Shown here: positions 1 through 9,935 of the stretch, in pieces | Position numbering within the stretch: position 1 is the stretch's first letter | Layout of the letters: each line of letters starts with the position of its first letter | NCBI GenBank assembly: GCA_963701965.1 | Contig: OY969695.1 | Span: 2,048,001 to 2,112,000 of the forward strand | Length of the DNA: 64,000 bases | Reading direction: 5' to 3' | DNA from: an uncultured Gemmatimonadales bacterium | GTDB lineage: Bacteria > Gemmatimonadota > Gemmatimonadetes > Gemmatimonadales > Gemmatimonadaceae | Notes under the pieces: generated by a model | The model's input: only the letters and a program-made list of their open reading frames with translations | What the model was told of the DNA's origin: nothing | Database searches by the model: none | Translations under genes and position numbers: made by a program

Positions 1-735
1 ACCGGGCAGGGAGTAGCGGGCACAGTCGACGGACACGATGTCGCCGTGGGCAGCGCGCGGTTCATGACCGGGCGCGGGATCGCGGCCGACGCCCTCGCGT
101 CGAGCGCCGATGAGCTGGCCGCCGAGGGCAAGACGCCGGTCTACGTCGCCATCGACGGCGCGCTCGCGGCGCTGCTTGGCGTCGCCGACCCCGTCAAGCC
201 GACGGCCCGGGATGCCGTGACAGCCCTCCGCCGGCTCGGACTCGACGTCGTGCTACTCACCGGCGACGCCGAGGCCACGGCCCGGACCGTGGCGGCGAAC
301 GTCGGGATCAAGACCGTGGTGGCCGGCGTGTTGCCGGACGGCAAAGTCCAAGCCGTCGCCGATCTCCAGGCGCGCGGGCACATCGTGGCCATGGTCGGCG
401 ATGGGATCAACGACGCGCCCGCGTTGGCGCGGGCCGACGTCGGCATCGCCATGGGCGGCGGCGCCGACATTGCGGCTCAGGCGGCGGATATCGTGGTGAT
501 GCGCGGCGATCCCCGCGCGGTCGCCCGCACCATCCGGCTGGCCCGCCGCACGATGGGGGTCATGAAGCAGAATCTCTTCTGGGCATTCGCCTACAACGTG
601 ATCGGCATCCCGATCGCCGCTGGCGCGTTGTTTCCCGCGTTCGGTCTCGTCCTGAGCCCCATGCTGGCCAGCGCCGCCATGGCGGCCAGCTCCATCAGCG
701 TCGTGTCCAACAGCCTCCGACTCCGCCGCGCATGA
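1..735 (+). CDS. copA: P1B-type copper-translocating ATPase, C-terminal part (5' end outside window)
   Basis: LTGD, MVGDGINDAPALA hinge, YNVIGIP and AMAASS Cu(I)-type TM motifs; followed by csoR with ATGA overlap. Confidence 0.9.
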   Translation, partial: TGQGVAGTVDGHDVAVGSARFMTGRGIAADALASSADELAAEGKTPVYVAIDGALAALLGVADPVKPTARDAVTALRRLGLDVVLLTGDAEATARTVAANVGIKTVVAGVLPDGKVQAVADLQARGHIVAMVGDGINDAPALARADVGIAMGGGADIAAQAADIVVMRGDPRAVARTIRLARRTMGVMKQNLFWAFAYNVIGIPIAAGALFPAFGLVLSPMLASAAMAASSISVVSNSLRLRRA

Positions 736-1028
736 GTCCCCGCAAAGCCGTCGGCGTCACGCCGAGCACTCAGGATCGCACCATCAAACGCCTCCGGCGG
801 ATCGAGGGTCAGGTCCGGGGCCTCCAACGCATGGTCGCCGACGAGCGCTACTGCGCGGACATCCTGACCCAGCTCTCGTCCGTGCACGAAGCCCTGCGCG
901 CCGTGGGGCGCGAGCTCATGCGCAACCATCTGGAGCACTGCGCGACGGCAGCGATCCGGGGCACCACCGAGCAGGCGTCCGCGATGTACGATGAGCTGCT
1001 GGAGCTCATCTACACGCACAGTCGTTAG
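732..1028 (+). CDS. csoR: CsoR/RcnR family metal-sensing repressor
   Basis: RLRRIEGQVRGL..YC.DIL.Q and HLEHC (Cys-His-Cys ligands); adjacent to copA. Confidence 0.9.
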   Translation: MSPRKAVGVTPSTQDRTIKRLRRIEGQVRGLQRMVADERYCADILTQLSSVHEALRAVGRELMRNHLEHCATAAIRGTTEQASAMYDELLELIYTHSR

Positions 1029-2755
1029 CGCCCGCCGTCCTCGCCGACCCGGCGCTCGTACGCGCTCAGAATGTGCGCCCGGCTGATCATCCCGACAAGC
1101 CGGTCGCCGTCCACGACGGGCACGGCCGCCGCGCCGCGGGCGCCCATGCGGCGCAAGGCGCTCATGAGGGACTCGTCCGGGCCGACGGTCTCCGACGTCT
1201 GCGAGATATCGATCGCCCGCAGCAGCGGATCGATGTCCCGCGCCGCGGCCGCGACGCGTCCGAGATCGCCCGTGGTGACGACGCCGATGAGGCGCCGCTC
1301 GGCATCGACGACGGGAAAGACGGATTGGTCGGAATACCGGAGATGCGCGACCAGCACGGCGACCGGGGCCCCTTCGTCGATCGCGGCGGGCGCTGGATCG
1401 TATGCATCACGCACGTGGAGGCCGCTCAACACGTCCTGGTCGGCGCCGTGCTCGATCGACTCGCCGCGGCGCCGCAGCCACCCGCTGTACAGCGAATCTG
1501 GCTCCAACCGCCGGGCGACGACGTGGGCGATCACCACCGTCAGCATGAGCGGCAGTACGATCGCGTAGTCGCCGGTCATCTCGAACACGAGCAGGATGCC
1601 GGTAATCGGCGCGTCGGTCGCGCCGGCGATCATGGCGCCCATCCCGACGAGCGCATAGGCCTCCGGATGCACACCGAGGCCGGGGAAAAGCCGCTCCAGC
1701 AAGGCGCCGAGGCCGCCGCCGGTCGCGGCGCCGACGTAGAGTGACGGCGTAAACACGCCGCCCGATCCGCCGCCGTTGAGCGTGATCGATGTCGCGATGA
1801 TGCCACCGCCGGCCAACGCCAGGAGCAGGTACCACGGGAGACGGCCGAACATCTCGACGTGGATCGCCAAGTGTCCGTAGCCCACGAGGAGACCACCGGA
1901 GAGCCATACGAGCGCGCCGACGAGCGCGCCGGCTAGCAGCGGCACGACGGGCGCCGGAAGCCGGGCCCGCAAGCGCTTGGCGATGGCGTCCGTCGCGAAG
2001 TACGTCCGCACGAAGAGGACGGCGACCAGACCGATCACCACGCCCAGGACCGGGAACGCCAGCAAGACTTCGCCGATGGAGCCGTAGCCGTACGGCGCGG
2101 GAATCGGGAACGCGGGATGGTTGCCGAACACCGCGCGGGAGACGACGGCGGCAACGACGCTGGAGACCACGACCGGCGAGAAGGATCCCACGGCCAGCGA
2201 CCCCACGATCTCCTCGAGCGCGAAGAACGCGCCGGCCAACGGCGCATTGAACGCGGCGCTGATGGCGGCGCCGCACGCGCACCCGACGAAGACGACGACG
2301 CGCTCGGGCGTGAAGCGGAACGCTTTGCCGAGGGCCGAGCCAATGGCGGCGCCGAGGACCACGACGGGACCCTCGCTGCCGGCGGACGCGCCGCTCCCGA
2401 TCGTGATGGCGCTGGCCAGCGTGCGGGCCAGCGCCGGACGGGTGGCCACATCGCCCCCGCGTCGCACCACCGCGAGTTGCACGTCGGGCACATTCATGCC
2501 GTCGTGTCCGCGCCCCAGGCGGCGCATGATCCACCAGGCGACGACCATCCCGACGCCGGTCATGAGCGGCCGGTAGACTAGGTCGCTCTCCCGGCTCAGG
2601 AACGCGATATAGGAGAGATCGATCGCGCGGTAGAAGGCGACGACGCCCAGCGCGCTGAGCACGCCGATGAGGACGGCAAAGCCGAGCAGGATCGCGTGTT
2701 CGCTGAGCTCCTGCGCGTTGAACCATTCGACGAATCGGCGCCAGGCGCGTCGCAT
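1025..2755 (-). CDS. CLC family chloride channel/H+ antiporter with C-terminal CBS pair
   Basis: GSEGP, AFNAPLAG..FALEE, GGVFTP, SLYS motifs, CBS-like tail; start chosen at ATG 2755 from TACATT-N7-ATG. Confidence 0.9.
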   Translation of the reverse strand: MRRAWRRFVEWFNAQELSEHAILLGFAVLIGVLSALGVVAFYRAIDLSYIAFLSRESDLVYRPLMTGVGMVVAWWIMRRLGRGHDGMNVPDVQLAVVRRGGDVATRPALARTLASAITIGSGASAGSEGPVVVLGAAIGSALGKAFRFTPERVVVFVGCACGAAISAAFNAPLAGAFFALEEIVGSLAVGSFSPVVVSSVVAAVVSRAVFGNHPAFPIPAPYGYGSIGEVLLAFPVLGVVIGLVAVLFVRTYFATDAIAKRLRARLPAPVVPLLAGALVGALVWLSGGLLVGYGHLAIHVEMFGRLPWYLLLALAGGGIIATSITLNGGGSGGVFTPSLYVGAATGGGLGALLERLFPGLGVHPEAYALVGMGAMIAGATDAPITGILLVFEMTGDYAIVLPLMLTVVIAHVVARRLEPDSLYSGWLRRRGESIEHGADQDVLSGLHVRDAYDPAPAAIDEGAPVAVLVAHLRYSDQSVFPVVDAERRLIGVVTTGDLGRVAAAARDIDPLLRAIDISQTSETVGPDESLMSALRRMGARGAAAVPVVDGDRLVGMISRAHILSAYERRVGEDGGR

Positions 2756-2764
2756 TGTGTGCAA

Positions 2765-2782
2765 TGTATCGGGGCCGATGTA
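2765..2782. promoter_or_regulatory. Imperfect palindrome TGTATCG-GGGC-CGATGTA between divergent -10 boxes; candidate MarR operator
   Basis: Lies in a 38-bp gap between divergent CLC and MarR starts and touches both TANNNT boxes. Confidence 0.5.
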
Positions 2783-2793
2783 ACTTGCGCCGC

Positions 2794-3282
2794 ATGAGCG
2801 GGGTGAAGGAGAGCGACGTCCGGGCGACGCTCGACGCGATCCGTCGCCTGGTGCAGTCCCTGCGCGCGAGCGCCCGGCGCTCGAAAGCGGTCTCAGGACT
2901 GACGACCGCCGAGTTGTTCGTGGTGCACGCCCTGGTCGAGTCGCCGGCGCGGTCCCTCAATGAGCTGGCGGCGCGGACCTACACCGACCAGAGCACGGCG
3001 TCGCCCATTGTCGAGCGGTTGCGGCATCGGGGTCTCCTCCGACGCGAGCGGTCGGCCGACGACGGCCGGCGGGTCGTCATCGCGCTCACCGCGGCGGGCC
3101 GGGCGGCGGTGTCGCGGTTGCCGGAGTCGCCGCAGAGCGCGATGATCGCGGCGCTCGAGCGGCTGCCGCTCCGCGAGCGCCGCGCGTTGGCGCGCGGCCT
3201 CACGGCGCTGATCTCCGAGATGGGGCTGTCGGAAAAACGGCCGACAATGTTGTTCGACGAGCCGGCGTCGGGCGGTCGCTGA
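2794..3282 (+). CDS. MarR family transcriptional regulator
   Basis: SLNELAA..DQSTAS..VERL...GLL.R..DGRRVVIALTAAGR winged helix; TAACTT-N7-ATG. Confidence 0.9.
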   Translation: MSGVKESDVRATLDAIRRLVQSLRASARRSKAVSGLTTAELFVVHALVESPARSLNELAARTYTDQSTASPIVERLRHRGLLRRERSADDGRRVVIALTAAGRAAVSRLPESPQSAMIAALERLPLRERRALARGLTALISEMGLSEKRPTMLFDEPASGGR

Positions 3283-3300
3283 GCGGCGCGCCGGCGCCGG

Positions 3301-3858
3301 CTACTGGCCCTGGGGCGCGGTCAGGGCGCTGCCGCCCGCCGTGATCTCGAACTGATCGTTGCGATTTTGGGACCACGACTGCTCGTTGTCCCCCTGGGCG
3401 ATCGGACGCTCCTTCCCATAGCTGATGGTCGCGATCCGCGCGCCGGCGATCCCATGTTCGCCCAGGTACCGCTTCGCGGCCTCGGCCCGCCGCTGCCCCA
3501 GGACGAGGTTGTACTCGTCGGAGCCGCGATCGTCGCAGTTGCCGGCGACGCGGAGGGCCAAGCCGGGGTTGGCGGCGAGGATCGGCACCTTGGCATCCAG
3601 CGTCGTCTGGTCGTCCGCGGTCAGGCTCAATGCGTTGAACGCGAAGTACGTCATCTGCCCCACGACGGCGCGCAGAGCGGCGAGCCGCGAGGCGCCGCCA
3701 TCATCGCTCGCCGTGCGCACGACAGCGGCGGGCGCGGGCGCGGCAGGCGCCGGCAGCGCGGGCGCGGGGGCCGGCGCGGCGGCGACCGGCGCGGGATGAT
3801 GGGCGCAACCAACCACGAGTCCAACCGTGAGCACGAGCGGCAGCACACGCGCAGACAT
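3301..3858 (-). CDS. pal: Pal-like peptidoglycan-associated lipoprotein (OmpA C-terminal domain)
   Basis: Lipobox VVGC, Pro/Ala linker, GNCDDRGSDEYN..LGQRRA, SYGKERP, NRN; no tol genes adjacent. Confidence 0.8.
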   Translation of the reverse strand: MSARVLPLVLTVGLVVGCAHHPAPVAAAPAPAPALPAPAAPAPAAVVRTASDDGGASRLAALRAVVGQMTYFAFNALSLTADDQTTLDAKVPILAANPGLALRVAGNCDDRGSDEYNLVLGQRRAEAAKRYLGEHGIAGARIATISYGKERPIAQGDNEQSWSQNRNDQFEITAGGSALTAPQGQ

Positions 3859-3870
3859 GAAAGGCTCCGT

Positions 3871-3890
3871 TTATATTGATGTCAATCTAA
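3871..3890. promoter_or_regulatory. AT-rich palindrome TTATATTGA-TG-TCAATCTAA, candidate operator
   Basis: 8/9 inverted match in an AT island between divergent genes. Confidence 0.5.
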
Positions 3891-3974
3891 TAAGGTCGGG
3901 CCCGGTTCGCCAGACTGACCATGGCCCTTCGCATCGCCCTGGCACGGCGTCGTTTTCACTGCTTTCATAGACGG

Positions 3975-5324
3975 GTGCTGTTTCAGCGAATCTTCGAAGG
4001 GAAGCTGGCCCAGGCGAGCTTCCTCGTCGGCTGCACACGCACGGGTCAGGCGCTGGTGGTGGACCCGACGCGCGCGGTCGATCAGTACATCCAGGCCGCC
4101 GAGGCGGCCGGCGTGCGCATCACGCACGTCACGGAGTCGCACATCCACGCCGACTTCGTGTCGGGAAGTCGCGATCTGGCGGCGCGCACCGGCGCGCGCC
4201 TTTTGCTCCCCGCGCGCGGCGACTATGGCTTCCCCGGTACGCCGCTCGCCGGCGGCGATACGTTCGCGCTCGGTGACCTCCGCGTCAATGTGCTGGACAC
4301 GCCCGGGCACACGCCAGAGCACCTGACGTTCCTGCTCACCGACATCACGTCCGGCGATCGTCCGTGGGCCGCGCTCACCGGCGACTTCCTGTTCGTCGGC
4401 AATGTCGGCCGTCCGGACTTGCTGGAGCGGGCTGCACGCATACCGGGGGCGGCTGTCGTCGGCGCGGAGGCGCTCCACGCGTCGCTGCAACGCTTTCGGG
4501 CGCTCCCCTGCGACCTGCAGATCTGGCCGGGCCACGGCGCGGGCTCGGCCTGCGGCAAGGCGCTGAGCGCGGCGCCCAGCGCAACGCTCCGCGCCGAGAT
4601 TGTGGGCAACTGGGCGTTTCAGCTCGGCAATGTCGCGACGTTCACCGCCGAGGTCCTCGCCGGTCAACCGGAACCGCCGCGCTACTTCGCGGTGATGAAG
4701 CGCGTCAACCGCGAGGGACTCCCTCCGCTTGCCGCGCTCCCCAACCCGCCCGCGTTCGATCGCGCGCCCGCGGGCGCTGTCACGATCGACATTCGCGCGA
4801 CGAGCGGACTGGTGCCGGGTTCGCTCAAGATCCCGTTGTCCAACGCGTTCCCCACCCGGGCGGGCTCGGTCGTGCCCTACGACGCCGACATCGCGCTCCT
4901 CGCCGCCGACGCGGCCACCGCCCGCGAGGCCGCGCGCGACCTGTCGCTCATCGGGCTTGATCGCGTCGTCGGATGGCTGGCGCCCGGGGGCGCCGAGATC
5001 CCGATGCCGTCGATCGACATCAATGCCCTCGCCGTCATGCTGCGCGCGGGGTCGGTGACGCTGATCAATGTCCGCGATCCGGCGGAGTGGCAGGCGGGCC
5101 ACATCGAAGGGGCCATCCACCTTCCGTTGGCGACGCTCGCCGACCACATCGCGGAAATCCCGACGGGACGTCCGGTGGCGGTGCACTGCCAGGGCGGCGC
5201 ACGGTCGGTCACGGCGGCCAGCGTGCTATCGGCCCACGGCGTGCGCGACGTGCGCAACGTGGCCGGTGGGTTCGCCGCCTGGCAGGGCGCCGGAAAGCGC
5301 GTCCGTCGCGACGATAGGGACTAG
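3975..5324 (+). CDS. MBL-fold persulfide dioxygenase-like protein fused to rhodanese domains
   Basis: ESHIHADF, TPGHTPEH, GDFLFVG.VGRPDL, PGHGAGSACG, C-terminal HCQGGARS; GTG start inferred. Confidence 0.85.
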   Translation: MLFQRIFEGKLAQASFLVGCTRTGQALVVDPTRAVDQYIQAAEAAGVRITHVTESHIHADFVSGSRDLAARTGARLLLPARGDYGFPGTPLAGGDTFALGDLRVNVLDTPGHTPEHLTFLLTDITSGDRPWAALTGDFLFVGNVGRPDLLERAARIPGAAVVGAEALHASLQRFRALPCDLQIWPGHGAGSACGKALSAAPSATLRAEIVGNWAFQLGNVATFTAEVLAGQPEPPRYFAVMKRVNREGLPPLAALPNPPAFDRAPAGAVTIDIRATSGLVPGSLKIPLSNAFPTRAGSVVPYDADIALLAADAATAREAARDLSLIGLDRVVGWLAPGGAEIPMPSIDINALAVMLRAGSVTLINVRDPAEWQAGHIEGAIHLPLATLADHIAEIPTGRPVAVHCQGGARSVTAASVLSAHGVRDVRNVAGGFAAWQGAGKRVRRDDRD

Positions 5325-6922
5325 GGCTGGGGGCTATTGAGCGCTTGGAAGGCCCGATAGGCGTTCACAATGCCGCCGGTCGTCGACAGCGACGAAAACG
5401 GCACGCGCTCCCCGTTGGTGGAACCCGGTCGCACCACCATCTGGTCATACCGCGTCGCCGATTTGAGGATGACCTTCTTGAGGTCGGCAGCCGAGAGATC
5501 GGGATAGTAATCCAGGATGAGCGCCGCCAGGCCCGTGACCACCGGCGCCGCCATACTCGTCCCGCTATCGCGCTCGTACGTGTTGCCAGGCACCGTCGAC
5601 AGGATATCGACGCCCGGCGCGAAGACGTCCACGCGGCTCTGACTATAGTTGCTGAACGACGCCGCCAAGCTGTCGCCGCCGGACCACGACGACGCGCCGA
5701 CTTCGATCCAGTTCCGGGCGTGCCCGCTGTCGGCGTACGCCGGCGTCGGAAAGTTCGCATGCGTGTCCAGGTTCTCGCCGTCGTTGCCGGCGGCGTGGAC
5801 CATGAGCACGTTGTGGGCATCGGCGTACCGCACGGCCTCGTCCACCGCACCCTTCTCCGGCGAGTACCCTTTCCCGAAGCTCATGTTGATCACGCGCGCG
5901 CCGTGGTCGACGGCGTAGCGGATCGCGTTGGCGATGTCCTTGTCGCGCTCGTCGCCGTCCGGCACCGCGCGGATCATCATGATGTGCACCGCGGGCGCGA
6001 TCCCGTCGATGCCCACCCCGTTGCCGCGCACCGCGCCGATGATGCCGGACACGTGGGTCCCGTGCTTGGCATCCGGGCCCATGACATCGCTGTTGCCGTA
6101 GTGCGACTGGTGCACATCGGCGTAGTTGTCGCCGACAATGGGCCGCGGGTCGAACGACGTATTGAGCGCATAGTCGAGGCGCGACTGCAACTGGGTGATC
6201 GCGTCGGCGATCGCGGCGGCGGTCGCGCCGTGCGTCTCCAACGCCAAGTAGATCTGCCGCGCGCGCCCGATGGTGCTGTCGGTCGGATCGAGCGCTTGCA
6301 CGCTACCGACGCTCAGCGAATCCGTCCGCATCTGCTGCCGCAACACATCGGTCGCCCGCTGGCGCGCGCTGGAGAGCTCCTTGAGCTGCTGCAACTGCCG
6401 CTCGGCCTGGCCATGCCGCGCCGCCAGATCGCTCTCCAGGTGCGTGCACTGCGACGCCAGTGTCGTCGGCAACGTATCCGGACCGCTGGCCTGTTGGTGG
6501 CGGCAGCGGATCACCAGCCGCGTCAGCTCATACGTGTCCCAATGGACGTCGCGCCCGTCGGCGCCGCCAATGAAGTCCCACCCACGCTGGGCGTTGAGAT
6601 TGGCGCGCAGATCGGCGTGCGCGGTGTCAATGCCGCCGTCGATGACGGCCACGACGACGGGCGCTTTGGGCGCCCGGCCCGCAAGCAGCTCCTTCTCGGC
6701 CCGCGCGACGCTGATGCCCGGCACGTGATCGACGCTCTCATCGAGCAACTGCCAGTCGCGCGGCGCTTCCTTGAGTCCCGACGAGGGCGCGGCGCTCGGC
6801 GCGGCGGGTGCCACGGCCACCGGCGCCGGGTGGGGCGTGGTCGACGGCGCGGTCGAATGACAGGCGCCGACGAGGATCAGAATGGTGGCGAGCCAGACGG
6901 CAGAGACGGGACGGGGCATCAT
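5321..6922 (-). CDS. S8 subtilisin-family serine peptidase, lipoprotein
   Basis: VAVIDGG, HGTHVSG, AAGN, GTSMAAP catalytic motifs; lipobox VGAC. Confidence 0.93.
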   Translation of the reverse strand: MMPRPVSAVWLATILILVGACHSTAPSTTPHPAPVAVAPAAPSAAPSSGLKEAPRDWQLLDESVDHVPGISVARAEKELLAGRAPKAPVVVAVIDGGIDTAHADLRANLNAQRGWDFIGGADGRDVHWDTYELTRLVIRCRHQQASGPDTLPTTLASQCTHLESDLAARHGQAERQLQQLKELSSARQRATDVLRQQMRTDSLSVGSVQALDPTDSTIGRARQIYLALETHGATAAAIADAITQLQSRLDYALNTSFDPRPIVGDNYADVHQSHYGNSDVMGPDAKHGTHVSGIIGAVRGNGVGIDGIAPAVHIMMIRAVPDGDERDKDIANAIRYAVDHGARVINMSFGKGYSPEKGAVDEAVRYADAHNVLMVHAAGNDGENLDTHANFPTPAYADSGHARNWIEVGASSWSGGDSLAASFSNYSQSRVDVFAPGVDILSTVPGNTYERDSGTSMAAPVVTGLAALILDYYPDLSAADLKKVILKSATRYDQMVVRPGSTNGERVPFSSLSTTGGIVNAYRAFQALNSPQP

Positions 6923-6937
6923 GCCCCAAGATAATCG

Positions 6938-8149
6938 TCAGCCCGCGCGTCGGAGGAAGATCATCGAGTTGGCGCCGACCGGATCGTCCTCGAAGTAAAT
7001 CGTGCCGGCCTTGAGGCCGAGTACGCTCTCGACATTGAAGTGGCTTGCGCACCGGGTGCGCAACTCGTCGAGGCTGAACTCGTGTATGTGCGCTGGCGTC
7101 AGGGGAATCCGGCCAATGCGGTTCTGCGGCGTCGACACGATCACCCGGCCGCCGGGCTTCACGACACGGCGGAGCTCGGCGAGATACCTGTCGACGTCGT
7201 CCATGTGCTCAATGGTCTCCAGGCTCACCGCGACATCGAAAGAAGCGTCCGGGAAACTCATACGCATCACGTCTTCGTGCGCGAACGACAGATTGGCCCG
7301 TGGGCACAGGCGCCGGCCTTCCGCCAACTTCCCTTCGTCGAGATCGGCGCAGACCACCGCCGCGGCGCTGCCGGCCAGGATGTCGCCCCCGAAGCCCTTG
7401 CCCGACGCGATGTCGAGCACGCGGTCGGTCGGCCGAAGACGTCGACCCACGAGGACGTAATGAAAGGAGATCTGGTCGCCGGCGGCGATGGCCTTGCCCG
7501 TGACTTCGATGTGATCCTCGTCGAACGCCCGGGCCAGCGACGCCCGTATCGTCCGGAGCGTCTCGTCGGCGATCGGTCCCGGCTCGACGATGCGGGACGC
7601 GAGCCCCGAGTCCTGGCGCATGGCGAGGAACTTGGGATGGACGTAGTGCGGCGCCGCGCGATCGGTCGGCCAGGCGAGCATCCGGTCGACGTGCCGGAGC
7701 GCGCCGACCCGCCACACATCTCCGGTCAGCGGCGGCGGGAAGTCATCCGGCGACTTCGCGATGTCGAGATGCCCCGTGCGCACGGCCTCGAGGAGTCCGG
7801 CGATGACGGACTCCTGAAAGAAGCTGTGCAGCCCGTCGATCCGCAGAATCGTGGCGTCGTCGTCGAGATCCCCGGTCGCCGCGATCATGCGCTGGAGGGG
7901 CTTGGCGTCGAACCCGTACCGCACCGTGCAACCGGCGACAGCCGCGGCGATGGAGTCCAGTCCTCCGCGGTCGAATTCCGGCGCGCACAAACGGATCGGC
8001 GTGCGGGGAAAGAGCGCCCGGGCGCGCTCCAGGGTGCGGAGCACGAGCGGCTTGCCGTCGAGGGGATGCATGCAGCGGTCTGTCCCGCCCGACCAGGAGC
8101 GCGAGCTGGCCTGGACGAGAATCGCCGCGGGATCGAGACCGTTCGACAT
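6938..8149 (-). CDS. SpsF/cytidylyltransferase-like domain fused to class I SAM methyltransferase
   Basis: N-term AILVQAS..HPLDGKPLV..LER; C-term VLDIASGKGFG, SFDVAVSLETIEH, VKPGG; alternative start 8182. Confidence 0.7.
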   Translation of the reverse strand: MSNGLDPAAILVQASSRSWSGGTDRCMHPLDGKPLVLRTLERARALFPRTPIRLCAPEFDRGGLDSIAAAVAGCTVRYGFDAKPLQRMIAATGDLDDDATILRIDGLHSFFQESVIAGLLEAVRTGHLDIAKSPDDFPPPLTGDVWRVGALRHVDRMLAWPTDRAAPHYVHPKFLAMRQDSGLASRIVEPGPIADETLRTIRASLARAFDEDHIEVTGKAIAAGDQISFHYVLVGRRLRPTDRVLDIASGKGFGGDILAGSAAAVVCADLDEGKLAEGRRLCPRANLSFAHEDVMRMSFPDASFDVAVSLETIEHMDDVDRYLAELRRVVKPGGRVIVSTPQNRIGRIPLTPAHIHEFSLDELRTRCASHFNVESVLGLKAGTIYFEDDPVGANSMIFLRRAG

Positions 8150-8178
8150 GCCCCCGGACGATGGAGCGCCGGAGACCG

Positions 8179-9795
8179 TCACCCGCGCGCCGCCGGCACA
8201 ATCAGGGTGAACGTGGACCCGACGCCGACTTCACTGGCCGCCGTGAGATCGCCGCCCATCGAGCGCGCCAGATCCCGACTGATCGCGAGGCCCAGTCCTG
8301 TCCCTTGCCCGATCGTCGTGCGATCGCTGCCCAGCTGCACAAAAGGCTCGAAGATCACGTCCAGGCGCTCCGCCGGTATCCCGATGCCCGTGTCGCTGAT
8401 CGTCACGCACACGTGGTCTCCCTCGACCGCCCAGGCCAGCGTGACGCGCCCGCCGCGCGGCGTGAACTTGGTCGCGTTGCTCAGCAGATTCAGCACGATC
8501 TGCTGCACCTTGTCGCGATCGGCGCGGGCGCGCACCGGCGCGACACGCTTGTCGACGCGCACGTCGAGCGCGAGGGCCTTGGCCAGCATCTGCGGCACCA
8601 CGAGGGGTCGCACGTCGTCGAGCACGTGCTGGACGTCGAAATCGGTGACCGCGAGCCGCAGGCTGCCCGCCTGCACCTTGGCGAAATCGAGCACCGCGTT
8701 GATGAGACCGAGGAGCAGTTCCTGGGCGCGCTTGATGCGATCGAGCGCTTCGACCTGTTTGGGCAACAGCGGACCATAGATGCCGTCGGCGATCAACTGG
8801 GTGAACCCCCCGATGGCGTTGAGCGGTGTGCGCAACTCGTGGCTCATCGTTGCCAGAAACTCGCTCTTCGCCCGGTTAGCCGCCTCGGCCTCCATCCGCG
8901 CCCGGTCCGCATCGGCGCGCGCCGCCTCCAGCGCGCGTTCGGCCGCCTTGCGATCCGTGATGTCGCGGAGGACGAGCACCGCCCCGACGGCGGCGCCCGG
9001 CGGCGCCCCCTCGACACGGTCGGCCCGGATGCGCGCGACGCGCGCGTCGACGGGCACCCGCCGCCCGTCGGCGCCGCGCAGCACCATGTCGGCTTGCGAC
9101 ACGGCGGTGCGCCCGGCGAGCACTTGCGCGAGCCGCTCATGCAAGGCGGGCCCCTCCCCGCCTTCCGGCACGACGTCGGCGACATTGGCCAAGGCGTACC
9201 CCGTCGCGTTGGACATCGTGCGCCCGGTCAATTCCTCGGCCGCACGGTTCAGGAACGTCACACGCCCATGCGCATCGGTGGTCACCACGGCGTCGCCGAT
9301 GCTCCGCAACGCCGTCGACGCCCACGCCTGTCCCGCGTGCAGAGCCCGCTCGGCGCGGTGGACGCGCACGGCGGCCCGGATCACCGCTTCCAGGCGGTCG
9401 GCGCTCAAGCTGCCGTCGGCCGTGCCCTTGGGAAGAAAATCGACAGCGCCGCCCTTCATCTGGGCGACGGCGATCTCGGGGTCGTTCTGACCGGTGAGCA
9501 TGACGACGGGCGCATCGACGCCCAGCCGCCGCGCCTCGCGGATGAACTCCAGTCCCGAGTGCCCGGGGAGCCGATTGTCGAGCAACACGCAGTCGAACCG
9601 GCGTCCCTTGAGAGCGGCCAGCGCCGCCTCGGCGGTCGTGGCTTCCTCAATGTCGGCTCTGAGGGCCGTCGCCGCCAATGCCCGGCGGACGGCCATGCGG
9701 TCCACGTCGTCGTCGTCGACGACGAGGAGCCGGAGGGTCACATCATCGGGGGTCACGGAGGACTCGGTCCACGTGAGGTCGGGTCGCGCGCTCAT
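8179..9795 (-). CDS. Hybrid sensor histidine kinase (REC-PAS-HisKA-HATPase)
   Basis: LLVVDDD, LLDNRLP, FLPK; SIGDAVVTTD PAS; MSHELRTPLN; NLLSNA.KFT, DTGIG, GLGL; start uncertain. Confidence 0.9.
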   Translation of the reverse strand: MSARPDLTWTESSVTPDDVTLRLLVVDDDDVDRMAVRRALAATALRADIEEATTAEAALAALKGRRFDCVLLDNRLPGHSGLEFIREARRLGVDAPVVMLTGQNDPEIAVAQMKGGAVDFLPKGTADGSLSADRLEAVIRAAVRVHRAERALHAGQAWASTALRSIGDAVVTTDAHGRVTFLNRAAEELTGRTMSNATGYALANVADVVPEGGEGPALHERLAQVLAGRTAVSQADMVLRGADGRRVPVDARVARIRADRVEGAPPGAAVGAVLVLRDITDRKAAERALEAARADADRARMEAEAANRAKSEFLATMSHELRTPLNAIGGFTQLIADGIYGPLLPKQVEALDRIKRAQELLLGLINAVLDFAKVQAGSLRLAVTDFDVQHVLDDVRPLVVPQMLAKALALDVRVDKRVAPVRARADRDKVQQIVLNLLSNATKFTPRGGRVTLAWAVEGDHVCVTISDTGIGIPAERLDVIFEPFVQLGSDRTTIGQGTGLGLAISRDLARSMGGDLTAASEVGVGSTFTLIVPAARG

Positions 9796-9935
9796 GAGGC
9801 GGTACGGATCCAGGGCACGCGGCGAGTCGGGCGCAAATCCGGGACCGTGCTCGGTAGCCACATGGTCTGATCTACCCCAGCCGGCGCTGTATGAGCGGTT
9901 GAGCACGGTGCCCGGACGGTACATCTTGGGGGCCG

